DNA from: an uncultured Gammaproteobacteria bacterium
GTDB taxonomy: Bacteria; Patescibacteriota; Patescibacteriia; CAZGFX01
Assembly (NCBI GenBank): GCA_964524845.1
Contig: CAZGFX010000002.1
Coordinates: 6,440-70,439, forward strand
Direction of reading: 5' to 3'
DNA: 64,000 nt
Part shown: piece by piece, positions 1 through 8,436 of the stretch
Numbering within the stretch: the stretch's first letter is position 1
Layout: each line of letters starts with the position of its first letter
Made by a program: the position numbers and the translations under genes
Notes under the pieces: model-generated
What the model was told of the DNA's origin: nothing
The model's input: the letters and a program-made list of their open reading frames with translations, nothing else
Databases searched by the model: none

Positions 1-231
1 TTGGTAATGTATATTGCAATAGTGAATAATATCAGTATGAGGGGTTTTGAAGTCGGAGAGATTCAAAAACAAATTAAAACCGCTCGTCAAGACAATAGAG
101 AGAAACAGCTTTTTATATCAGAACTCCAATCATCTGATCGTATTAATAAATTGACAACACGACTCGATATGGTCAAAGTTGATTCAGTAGAATATATAAG
201 GCTTGATCGATCGTTTGCATTAAACAGATAA
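1..231 (+). CDS. C-terminal part of a small coiled-coil protein, possibly an FtsL/DivIC-like septation protein. The N-terminus lies upstream of the window.
   Basis: ORF is open to the window edge. Heptad-like charged sequence (EIQKQIKTARQDNREKQLFISELQ). Sits immediately upstream of a PBP transpeptidase, as ftsL does in dcw clusters. Based on context only. Confidence 0.3.
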   Translation: MVMYIAIVNNISMRGFEVGEIQKQIKTARQDNREKQLFISELQSSDRINKLTTRLDMVKVDSVEYIRLDRSFALNR

Positions 232-247
232 TAAATAGAAGAATAAT

Positions 248-1990
248 ATGGGAGGAGGGTACCATATTCAAAGGAAAGACATACACACAATGAGAATTAA
301 TTTTCTCATTGTGCCGTTTTTTATTTTTGGGATGCTTGTTGTCGGAAAACTATTTATTTTACAAGTTATAAAATCGGAGAAATACGAAGATCGTGCAATG
401 CTACAACGCCTTGTCAATAGAGATCTGATACCGGCTCGCGGAGAAATTTTTTTACGAGACAAAGAACACGGAGGACAACTACAGCCATTAGCAACAAACA
501 AGGAGTTTGATGTAATTTATGCTGTACCAGAAGAGGTGGATAATCCATATGTTACTGCAACAGTACTTGCAGATAAACTTGGCTTTGATTCTAGTGGGAA
601 AGAGGCGCTTATTGCTAAGCTTTCGAAAGAAAACGACAAATATGAACATATTGCTCGCAAGATAGATAAAAATATTGTGGAAGATGTAAAGAAACTGAAT
701 CTCAAGGGAATATATATTGGTAAAGAAACAGGTAGATATTATCCGAATAATTCTTTTGCGAGCGCTATACTAGGATTTGTTGGATGGAAAGACAAGGAGC
801 GTGTTGGAATGTATGGGCTTGAAGGATATAACAATGACGCGCTCGCAGGTATAAAAGGACATGTAACTGCGGAATATGATGGGCGTGGAAATGTAATTGG
901 TGTTGCAAAAAACGAGATAGAGCAAGCTGTAAACGGAGAAAGCTTCGTGCTTACAATAGACAAGTTCATTCAGGAAATGTCTTGCAAGAGTCTAAAAGAG
1001 GCTGTTGAGGCAAACTCAGCAGAAAACGGAGCGGTGATCATCATGGATCCTAAAACAGGTGCCATCAGAGCCATGTGTAGTTATCCGGACTTTGATCCTA
1101 ACAATTACGCGGAAGTAAGTGATGCTAGTGCATATAATAACATCACTATTCATAATGCTTATGAGCCAGGCTCTGTTTTTAAACCAATTACAATGTCAAT
1201 TGCTCTTAATGAGAAAAAAATAACACCGACAACAACATATAATGATACTGGTGTTTTCGAGATTGAAGAATATAAAATAAAAAATTCAGATGGACTTGGT
1301 CATGGAATTCAAACAATGACAGAGGTGCTCGAGAAATCTCTAAATACCGGCGCTATTTTTGCCGCACAACAAGTTGATAGAAAGAAATTTCGTGAATATA
1401 TAGAAAACTTCGGTTTCGGCTCACTTACGGGTATTCCGCTTAATACCGAAGCGTCTGGAAACATAAAATCATTAGGAAAAAATCATTTCTTATATACGGC
1501 GACAGCTTCGTTCGGACAAGGTATAACGGTTACTCCTCTTCAGCTTGTTGCTGCGTTCGGAGTGCTTGCAAACGGTGGTGCACTTATGAAACCATATATT
1601 ATCGAAGAAACACTTCATAATGATTTAACAAGCACAAAAACAGAACCGGAAGTTGTCCGTCAGATATTATCTCCTGAAACGGCGACAACAGTATCAGCAA
1701 TGATGGTATCCGTAATCAAGTCTGGCTATGGAAAAAGAGCTGGTGTAGAAGGATATAATATAGCAGGAAAAACAGGAACCGCTCAAATTACAAATCCATA
1801 TACTGGAAAGTATTATGAAAATCAATTTAATCATACGTTCGTAGGATTTGGACCAGTTGAAAATCCTCGTTTCGTTATGGTTACTTATTTAAGTAAACCA
1901 AAAAATGGAAAATTTGCAGAGAGCACCGCGGCACCTCTTTTTGGAACAATTGCAAAACAACTTTTTCAATATTATCAAATCTCATATTAA
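248..1990 (+). CDS. Penicillin-binding protein, class B transpeptidase (FtsI/PBP2 family)
   Basis: N-terminal TM helix. Active-site SxxK (GSVFKP), SxN (SLNTG) and KTGTA motifs are all present in the translated ORF. An alternative ATG lies at 290. Confidence 0.85.
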   Translation: MGGGYHIQRKDIHTMRINFLIVPFFIFGMLVVGKLFILQVIKSEKYEDRAMLQRLVNRDLIPARGEIFLRDKEHGGQLQPLATNKEFDVIYAVPEEVDNPYVTATVLADKLGFDSSGKEALIAKLSKENDKYEHIARKIDKNIVEDVKKLNLKGIYIGKETGRYYPNNSFASAILGFVGWKDKERVGMYGLEGYNNDALAGIKGHVTAEYDGRGNVIGVAKNEIEQAVNGESFVLTIDKFIQEMSCKSLKEAVEANSAENGAVIIMDPKTGAIRAMCSYPDFDPNNYAEVSDASAYNNITIHNAYEPGSVFKPITMSIALNEKKITPTTTYNDTGVFEIEEYKIKNSDGLGHGIQTMTEVLEKSLNTGAIFAAQQVDRKKFREYIENFGFGSLTGIPLNTEASGNIKSLGKNHFLYTATASFGQGITVTPLQLVAAFGVLANGGALMKPYIIEETLHNDLTSTKTEPEVVRQILSPETATTVSAMMVSVIKSGYGKRAGVEGYNIAGKTGTAQITNPYTGKYYENQFNHTFVGFGPVENPRFVMVTYLSKPKNGKFAESTAAPLFGTIAKQLFQYYQISY

Positions 1991-1993
1991 TAT

Positions 1994-3190
1994 ATGGGGT
2001 ATATAATTAAAAACTTGCTTCGTGTCATCTCTCGTTTAATTATTAAAAAATATTCTCCTATTATCATAGGCGTGACCGGGTCTGTAGGGAAAACATCCGT
2101 AAAAGAATATTTATATCATTTTTTAAAAGACACGAGAAATGTGTGTGTTTCTTTTGGTAATTACAATAACGAATTTGGTCTTCCGCGTACAATAATTTCT
2201 CCGAGATCTCATAAGTTTGGATTGTTTGGAGATTTTTTTAGATGTTTTTTGTTTCTTGTTTTTCCATTACCATATCCATCATATCTGATATTAGAATATG
2301 GTTCCGATAAACCTGGTGATATAAAGTATCTTTGTAATATAGTAAAACCGTTTTTGTCTATTATTACAGCCATAACAGATGCTCATAGCGCAGCATACAA
2401 AAATAAAAATGCTTTATTTGATGAAAAAATGACGCTTGCGAAAATGACAGATAGAAACGGGGCTGTTATATTTGGCGTCGATCATATTGATTATAAAGAG
2501 ATAGACATTCCTAATCAGATATATACTTATGGGAGACTTGATGGAAGCGATGTTCGTCTGATTGGTTTTGATTACGATTTTGATCCATTTTCAACAACTG
2601 TAAAAATTGATTATAAAGGAAATACTATTCCTTTTAGAGTGCGGCAATTATTAAGTTCAGGGCAGGTATATTCACTTCTCGGGGCTATATGCGCCGCACG
2701 CGTATGTGATGTACCACTACTTGATATTATAAGAAAAGCTGAACACCTATCTGTGATGCATGGAAGGGGAAACATACTTCCATCAATTAAAAATGGATAT
2801 ATTATTGACGAAACATATAATGCATCAACAGAATCAACTATTTCAGCACTAACTCTTCTTGATGCGACTACGCACGTTAACAAAGTATTAATTCTGGGAG
2901 ATTTGTTTGAATTAAGTGATGATGCAATAAAAAATGCGATTACAAAAATAAGTGATTTTTTAATAAAAAGTTCTATCAATTACATATTTCTCGTTGGTGA
3001 AAAAATCAGGCCAGTTTATGATATTTTAAAAAAAGATAAATACAATAACATGCTTGAATGGTACGCGACAACCGATGAGTGTATGAAAAAACTTCCTTGG
3101 AAATATCCGGAAAGAGCTTTTTGTCTTGTAAAAGGATCGCGTGCGGCGCATATGGAGAAGATTGTACATATTATAAAAGAAAGCTTTTAA
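1994..3190 (+). CDS. murF: Mur ligase family protein, MurF-like (UDP-MurNAc-tripeptide--D-Ala-D-Ala ligase), lacking the usual N-terminal domain
   Basis: Mur ligase P-loop GVTGSVGKTS at residues 27-36. C-domain motifs IIDETYNAS (DxSYNAN-like) and ILGDLFELS (MurF GDMxELG-like). Position directly after the PBP gene. Confidence 0.65.
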   Translation: MGYIIKNLLRVISRLIIKKYSPIIIGVTGSVGKTSVKEYLYHFLKDTRNVCVSFGNYNNEFGLPRTIISPRSHKFGLFGDFFRCFLFLVFPLPYPSYLILEYGSDKPGDIKYLCNIVKPFLSIITAITDAHSAAYKNKNALFDEKMTLAKMTDRNGAVIFGVDHIDYKEIDIPNQIYTYGRLDGSDVRLIGFDYDFDPFSTTVKIDYKGNTIPFRVRQLLSSGQVYSLLGAICAARVCDVPLLDIIRKAEHLSVMHGRGNILPSIKNGYIIDETYNASTESTISALTLLDATTHVNKVLILGDLFELSDDAIKNAITKISDFLIKSSINYIFLVGEKIRPVYDILKKDKYNNMLEWYATTDECMKKLPWKYPERAFCLVKGSRAAHMEKIVHIIKESF

Positions 3191-3289
3191 TTTTTTAAAG
3201 AGCTATATTTTATCTAAAACTAGGTAAAAAACGTTAATTAAAGTACGGGTATTTACAAAAGTGCATTTTTTTGTTACTCTTTAGCCATT

Positions 3290-4900
3290 ATGACAATAGG
3301 AAATAATACGATTCGCGAGGAAGTATTGGGTCTTCTAAAAGGATATGAGGAGACCGCAGATCTTTCTATGATAGATGGGCCACGTGTCCATGTAAGCAAT
3401 ATCATTGGAAAGCTGGCTTTCGTATACGAAAAAATTCGAAACTCAGTAGATGCAAAAGATGAGAAACTTCTTCATAAGTACGCGATACTTCGAATATTAA
3501 GACGAAGAGTTTTGACACACAAAGATCACTACATGATTGCAGAGTCACTAGTGAAGGAGCTTATTCGAGCAGGGTACATGCCAAATGATTATATTCCTGA
3601 GAAGCTTATTGATGAGATTAAACATGTTATAGATAAATACTTCATGCTTTTGGCACATCTCACTGAATACAATAAACAACAAGAAACAGACGAGTTGCTT
3701 ATGGGGCTTCTGGATATTGCGGCGTGTGAGATAGAGGAGTTGCTTATTCCTGGTGTGCGCGAGCGTGCGCTCGTATCTGCTGCATTTGATTTCTTGCGTC
3801 CTCGTATTACTTATAAAAACATCGAGATCGCGGAGAGCGATCGCGACGTACAATTATACCTAGCTTGTTACAGAGTATTCGTAAGTTCTGACAAAGGAAT
3901 GCTTTCTTATGAGCTTTTGAAATTGTATTTTCCTGATTGGCAAAACGCAGATGAAGTGCTTATTCTCGATGTTGCTCAGAGATTTAGTGCAATATCTCAT
4001 ATTTTAAAGATAATTAACTCATATAAACTTTCCCAAAAACTTTTTAAAGTTGTAAAAAGATTTGCCGTACCTATGCTTGCGGTTCGCGACTCGGTTTTGA
4101 ATACACAGGGCCCGGCCGCCGCACTTCAGCTTATTTCTGATAAAAAAGCATTTAATTTAGCGATTCGCAACGCATATGTGATCAGATACTCGAACGCTCG
4201 CGCACGTCTTCGCAAGCTTGCGACACGTGCAATTATTTATATGTTTATTACGAAGATGGTCATCGCTGTTGCACTTGAGGTGCCATATGACATTCTCATT
4301 GAAAAACAACTCCATCTTTTTGCAATAGGAATTAATGTTTTGTTTCCGCCGGTTCTTTTGTTTCTTATGATTGTTTTGATGAGATATCCGAGAAACGATA
4401 ATCTCGATCTAGTTGTGGATGCGGCGAATGAGATAGTTGATAAAGAAAGTACGACCAAGCATCTTAATTTTGAGGTTGCGTTTAAGAAGAAACATCATCC
4501 ATTAAATTCATTTCTTATTAAGAGTTCGTATGTGGTTATATTTTTGGGTGTGTTTTATATTTTAATATCATCGCTTGTCGGCCTTCATTTTAATATAGCC
4601 AGTATAATTATGTTTTTGTTTTTTCTCTCACTTGTTTCTTTTTTTGGTGTACGTATCAGGAGAACTGTGCAAGATCTCGTTTTCGTGGAGAGAAAAGAAA
4701 ATATATTTACTGTCATACTAGATTTCTTTTCTGTACCAATTATCAAATCAGGAAGATGGCTTTCAACAGGACTTGCGAATATAAATATATTTGTTGTTCT
4801 TCTTGATTGGTTTATAGAACTTCCTTTCAAAGTGCTTATAGACCTCATCGAAGACACCTCCGTTTATCTAAAAGAGAAGAGGGATGATGGTTCTCTATAA
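3290..4900 (+). CDS. Hypothetical protein. Soluble N-terminal half, multi-pass membrane C-terminal half.
   Basis: Long ORF with coding-like composition. Several hydrophobic helices after residue ~300. No motif I recognise. Confidence 0.55.
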   Translation: MTIGNNTIREEVLGLLKGYEETADLSMIDGPRVHVSNIIGKLAFVYEKIRNSVDAKDEKLLHKYAILRILRRRVLTHKDHYMIAESLVKELIRAGYMPNDYIPEKLIDEIKHVIDKYFMLLAHLTEYNKQQETDELLMGLLDIAACEIEELLIPGVRERALVSAAFDFLRPRITYKNIEIAESDRDVQLYLACYRVFVSSDKGMLSYELLKLYFPDWQNADEVLILDVAQRFSAISHILKIINSYKLSQKLFKVVKRFAVPMLAVRDSVLNTQGPAAALQLISDKKAFNLAIRNAYVIRYSNARARLRKLATRAIIYMFITKMVIAVALEVPYDILIEKQLHLFAIGINVLFPPVLLFLMIVLMRYPRNDNLDLVVDAANEIVDKESTTKHLNFEVAFKKKHHPLNSFLIKSSYVVIFLGVFYILISSLVGLHFNIASIIMFLFFLSLVSFFGVRIRRTVQDLVFVERKENIFTVILDFFSVPIIKSGRWLSTGLANINIFVVLLDWFIELPFKVLIDLIEDTSVYLKEKRDDGSL

Positions 4901-4915
4901 TTTTCATTTTTTGTT

Positions 4916-5734
4916 ATGATCAATTTGTTTTTATCAAGCGCGCTTCCATTTGTTGTTTCGCTTATTATTCTTTATATATTTTCAAAAGCGCTAAGCAAGA
5001 GATCTGTAAGGGTGCTTGGTTTTAAGGGTTCGATACTTTTGTTGTGGGTTGGTACAACAATACATGAGCTTTCTCATCTTCTTGGATGCTTTCTAACTCT
5101 TACAAAAGTTGAGAAAATAGCTTTTTTTAAACCGGAAAAACAAGAAGACGGTTCTTATCGTCTAGGATACGTCTCTCATGTTAGTCCAAAAAATCCTCTT
5201 TCAAGTATGATTATCGGACTCATGCCGTTAGTTGGCGGAGCTCTCGTACTATGGTTTTCTTCCAAGTGGCTTATTCCTGAAGCGCATCTTGTTGTTTTGA
5301 ATGTTAATGATATTACATCGTGGTATCAAGGTATCATATATGGTTTTTTGAAAAGCGGGGAGGCTTTGTGGAATGTTGTACTATCAATTGATTTCTCTCA
5401 CTGGCAAACATATTTGTTTTTTTATTTGTCATTCTCGATAGGCGCGCACCTTTCTCCTTCCGGACAGGATTTCAAAAATGCACGAACAGGACTTATAACT
5501 CTTGGCATAATAATAGTAGCGCTATATATTTTGAATATTTTTTATGGTTTTCTTGGGGTATTAATAGGTGTGGCCGGTGTGTATGCAGGGGAATATATAA
5601 TAGCGCTTACATCCGTAATGCAGTTCGCTACACTTCTCATAATCGTATGTATTATTATATGCGAAATCATATACTGGCTTCGCAATAAGCTTTTTTACAA
5701 AAAACCAATAGATCCGAACTGGTTCGCTTCTTGA
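4916..5734 (+). CDS. Polytopic membrane protein with an HExxH motif (putative membrane zinc metalloprotease-like)
   Basis: Six or more hydrophobic segments. HELSHLLG sits at the end of the second helix. Confidence 0.5.
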   Translation: MINLFLSSALPFVVSLIILYIFSKALSKRSVRVLGFKGSILLLWVGTTIHELSHLLGCFLTLTKVEKIAFFKPEKQEDGSYRLGYVSHVSPKNPLSSMIIGLMPLVGGALVLWFSSKWLIPEAHLVVLNVNDITSWYQGIIYGFLKSGEALWNVVLSIDFSHWQTYLFFYLSFSIGAHLSPSGQDFKNARTGLITLGIIIVALYILNIFYGFLGVLIGVAGVYAGEYIIALTSVMQFATLLIIVCIIICEIIYWLRNKLFYKKPIDPNWFAS

Positions 5735-5801
5735 TAATTGATATCAAACACACAAAATCAGCTGAAATAGGCTGTTTTTTTGTATTCGTGTGTACAAAAC
5801 C

Positions 5802-5830
5802 TTGACAGGATTGTCTCCGTGTGTTATCAT
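5802..5830 (+). promoter_or_regulatory. Sigma70-type promoter, cassette copy 1: TTGACA 5802-5807, 17-bp spacer, TGtTATCAT extended -10 ending at 5830
   Basis: Exact consensus -35, TGn extended -10 and 17-bp spacer. AAGGAG RBS lies 8 nt before the ATG at 5877. Confidence 0.65.
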
Positions 5831-5876
5831 TCTATGATAAAAACTAAAATAAAACAAATGAGAAAAGGAGAGAATT

Positions 5877-6986
5877 ATGGAAAAGTTAATATTTGAATTT
5901 GAGGAACTGATAGAAAAAATCGGTTTAGGAAGAGTTGTTGCCGCATTCTACGAAAAAATTCCTAAAGAGTTTTTTGAAAACATGACTTTTGATGAGTGGA
6001 TGCAGGTTTACGAATTTACTACATCAGGAAGCGATTTACAAAAAATCGTTCTCCGAAAAATTTCGGAATTTAAAAAAACATTTGATGAGTGGGAAAAAGT
6101 TTACATCGATCAAGATTACTCAGATGATCACCATACCTTCCTCACTTCAGAAGAAGTTGATTTAAATAGTCTTGTTTTCAAAAAAAAGTTAGAAACCGCG
6201 GAGACGTTTGATGAGTGGGAAAAAGTTTACATCGATCCAGATGACCGTTATGACCATATCTGCCTCACTTCAGAAGAAATTGATTTAATAAGCAGTCTCG
6301 CTCTCAAAAAAATGTTTTTTATTGCAAAAACGTTTGATGAATGGATGCGGGTTTACAAATTTACTACATCAGGAAGCGATCTTGAAAAACTCGCTATTCA
6401 AAAAATGTCAGAATTTACAAAAACATTTGATGAGTGGAAGGTAGTTTACGAAAACTTTCCATCCGAAAGTGAACTTCAAAAACTCGCTATTCAAAAAATG
6501 TCAGAAGTTGCAAAGACATTTGATGAATGGATGTTGGTTTACAAAAAATCTCCATCCGAAAGCGAGTCTCAAAAACTCGCTATTCAGAAGATATCAGAAG
6601 TTGCAAACACATTTGATGAGTGGAAGGTGGGTTACGAAAACTCTCCATCCGAAAGTGAGCTTCGAAAACTTGCTGTTCAAAAAATGTCAGAAGTTGCAAA
6701 GACATTTGGTGAATTGTGGATTGTTTACTTCTACTCTCCATCCGAAAGTGAGCTTCAAAAACTCGCTATTCAAAAAATGTCAGAGACAGCAAAGCATTTT
6801 TATGAATGGGAGATGCTTTGCGGATGCTCTCCATCCGAAAGCGAGTCTCAAAAACTCGTTATTCAAAAAATGTTAGAGCTTGCAGAAACACTTGATGAAT
6901 GGAAGGCAGTTTACGAATATTCTCCATCCGAAAGCGAGCCTCAAAAACTCGCTCTTCAAAAAATGGGCGAATTCGTTCAGGTCTAA
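5877..6986 (+). CDS. Repeat protein, paralog A: about 35-aa leader plus 10 tandem 31-42-aa repeats of type TFDEWxxVY(xx)SPSESELQKLAIQKMSEVAK
   Basis: Strong promoter and RBS. In-frame 93-bp DNA repeats; three consecutive units at 6424-6702 are near-identical. No signal peptide. Confidence 0.7.
   Translation: MEKLIFEFEELIEKIGLGRVVAAFYEKIPKEFFENMTFDEWMQVYEFTTSGSDLQKIVLRKISEFKKTFDEWEKVYIDQDYSDDHHTFLTSEEVDLNSLVFKKKLETAETFDEWEKVYIDPDDRYDHICLTSEEIDLISSLALKKMFFIAKTFDEWMRVYKFTTSGSDLEKLAIQKMSEFTKTFDEWKVVYENFPSESELQKLAIQKMSEVAKTFDEWMLVYKKSPSESESQKLAIQKISEVANTFDEWKVGYENSPSESELRKLAVQKMSEVAKTFGELWIVYFYSPSESELQKLAIQKMSETAKHFYEWEMLCGCSPSESESQKLVIQKMLELAETLDEWKAVYEYSPSESEPQKLALQKMGEFVQV
5985..6983 (+). repeat. 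In-frame tandem repeat array, 93-bp unit (two units are 126 bp), about 10 copies
   Basis: The recurring DNA word tttgatgagtgg...tccatccgaaagtgagcttcaaaaactcgctattcaaaaaatgtcagaagttgcaaagaca is directly visible. It causes the spurious alternative-frame ORF 6469-6876. Confidence 0.85.
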
Positions 6987-7004
6987 TAAGTTTCAAAATT
7001 TAAC

Positions 7005-7047
7005 ACCCCTTGCTTGTATTAAACAGGCAAGGGGATTTTTTTATAAA
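7005..7047 (+). terminator. Rho-independent terminator: ccccttgcttg / caggcaagggg stem, 7-nt loop, T7 run
   Basis: 11-bp stem with one G-U pair followed by TTTTTTT, immediately after the stop of the 5877-6986 gene. Confidence 0.8.
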
Positions 7048-7092
7048 ACCAGCTGAAATAAGCTGTTTTTTGTATTTGTATACACAAAAACC

Positions 7093-7121
7093 TTGACAGG
7101 ACTGTCCTTATGTGCTATTAT
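7093..7121 (+). promoter_or_regulatory. Sigma70-type promoter, cassette copy 2: TTGACA 7093-7098, 17-bp spacer, TGcTATTAT
   Basis: Consensus -35, extended -10 and 17-bp spacer. AAGGAG RBS before the ATG at 7171. Confidence 0.65.
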
Positions 7122-7170
7122 TTAATGATAAAAACATAAACAAACAAAAACAAAAAATAAGGAGAAAATC

Positions 7171-7854
7171 ATGGAAAAGATGTCATTTGATGAATTAGTA
7201 GGAAAAATTGGTTTTGGGCCAGCTGTTGTCATTTGTTACAAAAAACTTACAAAAGAGTTTTTTGAAAGACAGACATTTAAAGAATGGAAAACAATTTACG
7301 AAAATGCTCTATCCGGAAGCGATTTGAAAAAACTCGTATTAGAAGAGAAGATGTTAGGTCTTGCAAAAACGTTTGACGAATGTGTGTATATTCTCAAAAA
7401 CATTTCATCCGGAGATGAGTTTAGAAGACTTGTTCTTCAAAAAATGTTAGAACTTGCAAAGACCCCTCATGAGTGTATATTTGTTTATAATAACACGCCA
7501 GAAATAAGTATGTTTAAGAGGCCTGTTATTGAAAAAATATCAGAGATTGCAGAAACGATTGACGCATGGGTATTTGTTTATAACAATTCCTCATTCATAA
7601 TCGAGTTTAAAAGTATGGGTGAGCTTAAAAAACTTGCTTTAGAGAAGATTATGCTTGCAAAGACGTTTGACGAGTGGAAGTATGTTTACAAAAATTCCCA
7701 ATTAGGAAGTGAATTAAAAAGTCTCGCAATTCAGAAAATGTTAGAGTTTGATAATACATTTCATGAATGGATGTCTGTTTACAATGACTATTCATACGGA
7801 AGCGATTTGAAAGAACTCGTTCTCCAGAAGATGTCTGAATTCATTGAAGTATAA
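7171..7854 (+). CDS. Repeat protein, paralog B: same leader, about 6 degenerate 31-aa repeats
   Basis: N-terminus MEKMSFDELVGKIGFGPAVVICYKKLTKEFFERQTFKEW aligns to the N-termini of paralogs A and C. Repeats of type TFDEWKYVYKNSQLGSELKSLAIQKMLEF. Confidence 0.7.
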   Translation: MEKMSFDELVGKIGFGPAVVICYKKLTKEFFERQTFKEWKTIYENALSGSDLKKLVLEEKMLGLAKTFDECVYILKNISSGDEFRRLVLQKMLELAKTPHECIFVYNNTPEISMFKRPVIEKISEIAETIDAWVFVYNNSSFIIEFKSMGELKKLALEKIMLAKTFDEWKYVYKNSQLGSELKSLAIQKMLEFDNTFHEWMSVYNDYSYGSDLKELVLQKMSEFIEV

Positions 7855-7860
7855 TATAAA

Positions 7861-7898
7861 CCCCTTGCTTGTATTAAACAGGCAAGGGGATTTTTTTA
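7861..7898 (+). terminator. Rho-independent terminator, same hairpin as at 7005
   Basis: ccccttgcttgtattaaacaggcaaggggattttttt. Confidence 0.8.
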
Positions 7899-7943
7899 TA
7901 AAATCAGCTTAAATAGGCTGTTTTTGTGTTCTCATAAGTTGTG

Positions 7944-7972
7944 TTGACAAAATCTTTTACACATGTTATCAT
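7944..7972 (+). promoter_or_regulatory. Sigma70-type promoter, cassette copy 3: TTGACA 7944-7949, 17-bp spacer, TGtTATCAT
   Basis: Consensus elements. This is the more diverged cassette copy. Confidence 0.6.
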
Positions 7973-8025
7973 TTTACGATAAAAACAAATAAGTAAATAA
8001 ACAGACAAAAAAGAAGAAGAAAATT

Positions 8026-8268
8026 ATGAGAAAGATATCATTTGGTGAATCAGTAGAAAAACTCGGGTTTGGGCTAGCTGTTGTCACTCATTATGAAGAA
8101 CTTTCAAAAGAGTTTTTTGAAAAATTAACATTTGATGAATGGGTGTGGGTTTACAACCAATCTTTATCAGGAAGCGATTTACAAAAACTTGCCTTAAAGA
8201 AGATTTCGGAAATTTCAAAGAAGATCGACGAATTGATACCTATTCATAAAAACGTTCTATCTGATTAA
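8026..8268 (+). CDS. Repeat protein, paralog C: leader plus a single repeat unit (80 aa)
   Basis: MRKISFGESVEKLGFGLAVVTHYEELSKEFFEKLTFDEWVWVYNQSLSGSDLQKLALKKISE matches the leader and first repeat of paralogs A and B. Confidence 0.6.
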   Translation: MRKISFGESVEKLGFGLAVVTHYEELSKEFFEKLTFDEWVWVYNQSLSGSDLQKLALKKISEISKKIDELIPIHKNVLSD

Positions 8269-8273
8269 TAAAC

Positions 8274-8312
8274 ACCCCTTGCTTGTATTAAACAGGCAAG
8301 GGGATTTTTTTA
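8274..8312 (+). terminator. Rho-independent terminator, third copy of the same hairpin
   Basis: ccccttgcttgtattaaacaggcaaggggattttttt. Confidence 0.8.
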
Positions 8313-8361
8313 TAAAACCAGCTGAAATAAGCTGTTTTTTTGTATTCATGTGTATAAAACC

Positions 8362-8390
8362 TTGACAGAATTGTCTCCGTGTGCTATCAT
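8362..8390 (+). promoter_or_regulatory. Sigma70-type promoter, cassette copy 4: TTGACA 8362-8367, 17-bp spacer, TGcTATCAT
   Basis: Consensus elements. AAGGAGAAGG RBS before the ATG at 8437. Confidence 0.65.
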
Positions 8391-8436
8391 TTAATGATAA
8401 AAATATAAACAAAAAACAAAAAATAAGGAGAAGGTC

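Noticed and set aside
6469-6876. 135-aa ORF in an alternative frame of the repeat gene
   Set aside because: It lies wholly inside the 93-bp tandem repeats. Its periodic, low-complexity translation (…KNSLFKKCQKLQRHL…) is a reading-frame echo of the real frame. It has no RBS or promoter.
5985-6983. CRISPR array
   Set aside because: The repeats are 93 bp, contiguous and in-frame, with no unique spacers. They translate into a protein repeat. There are no cas genes.
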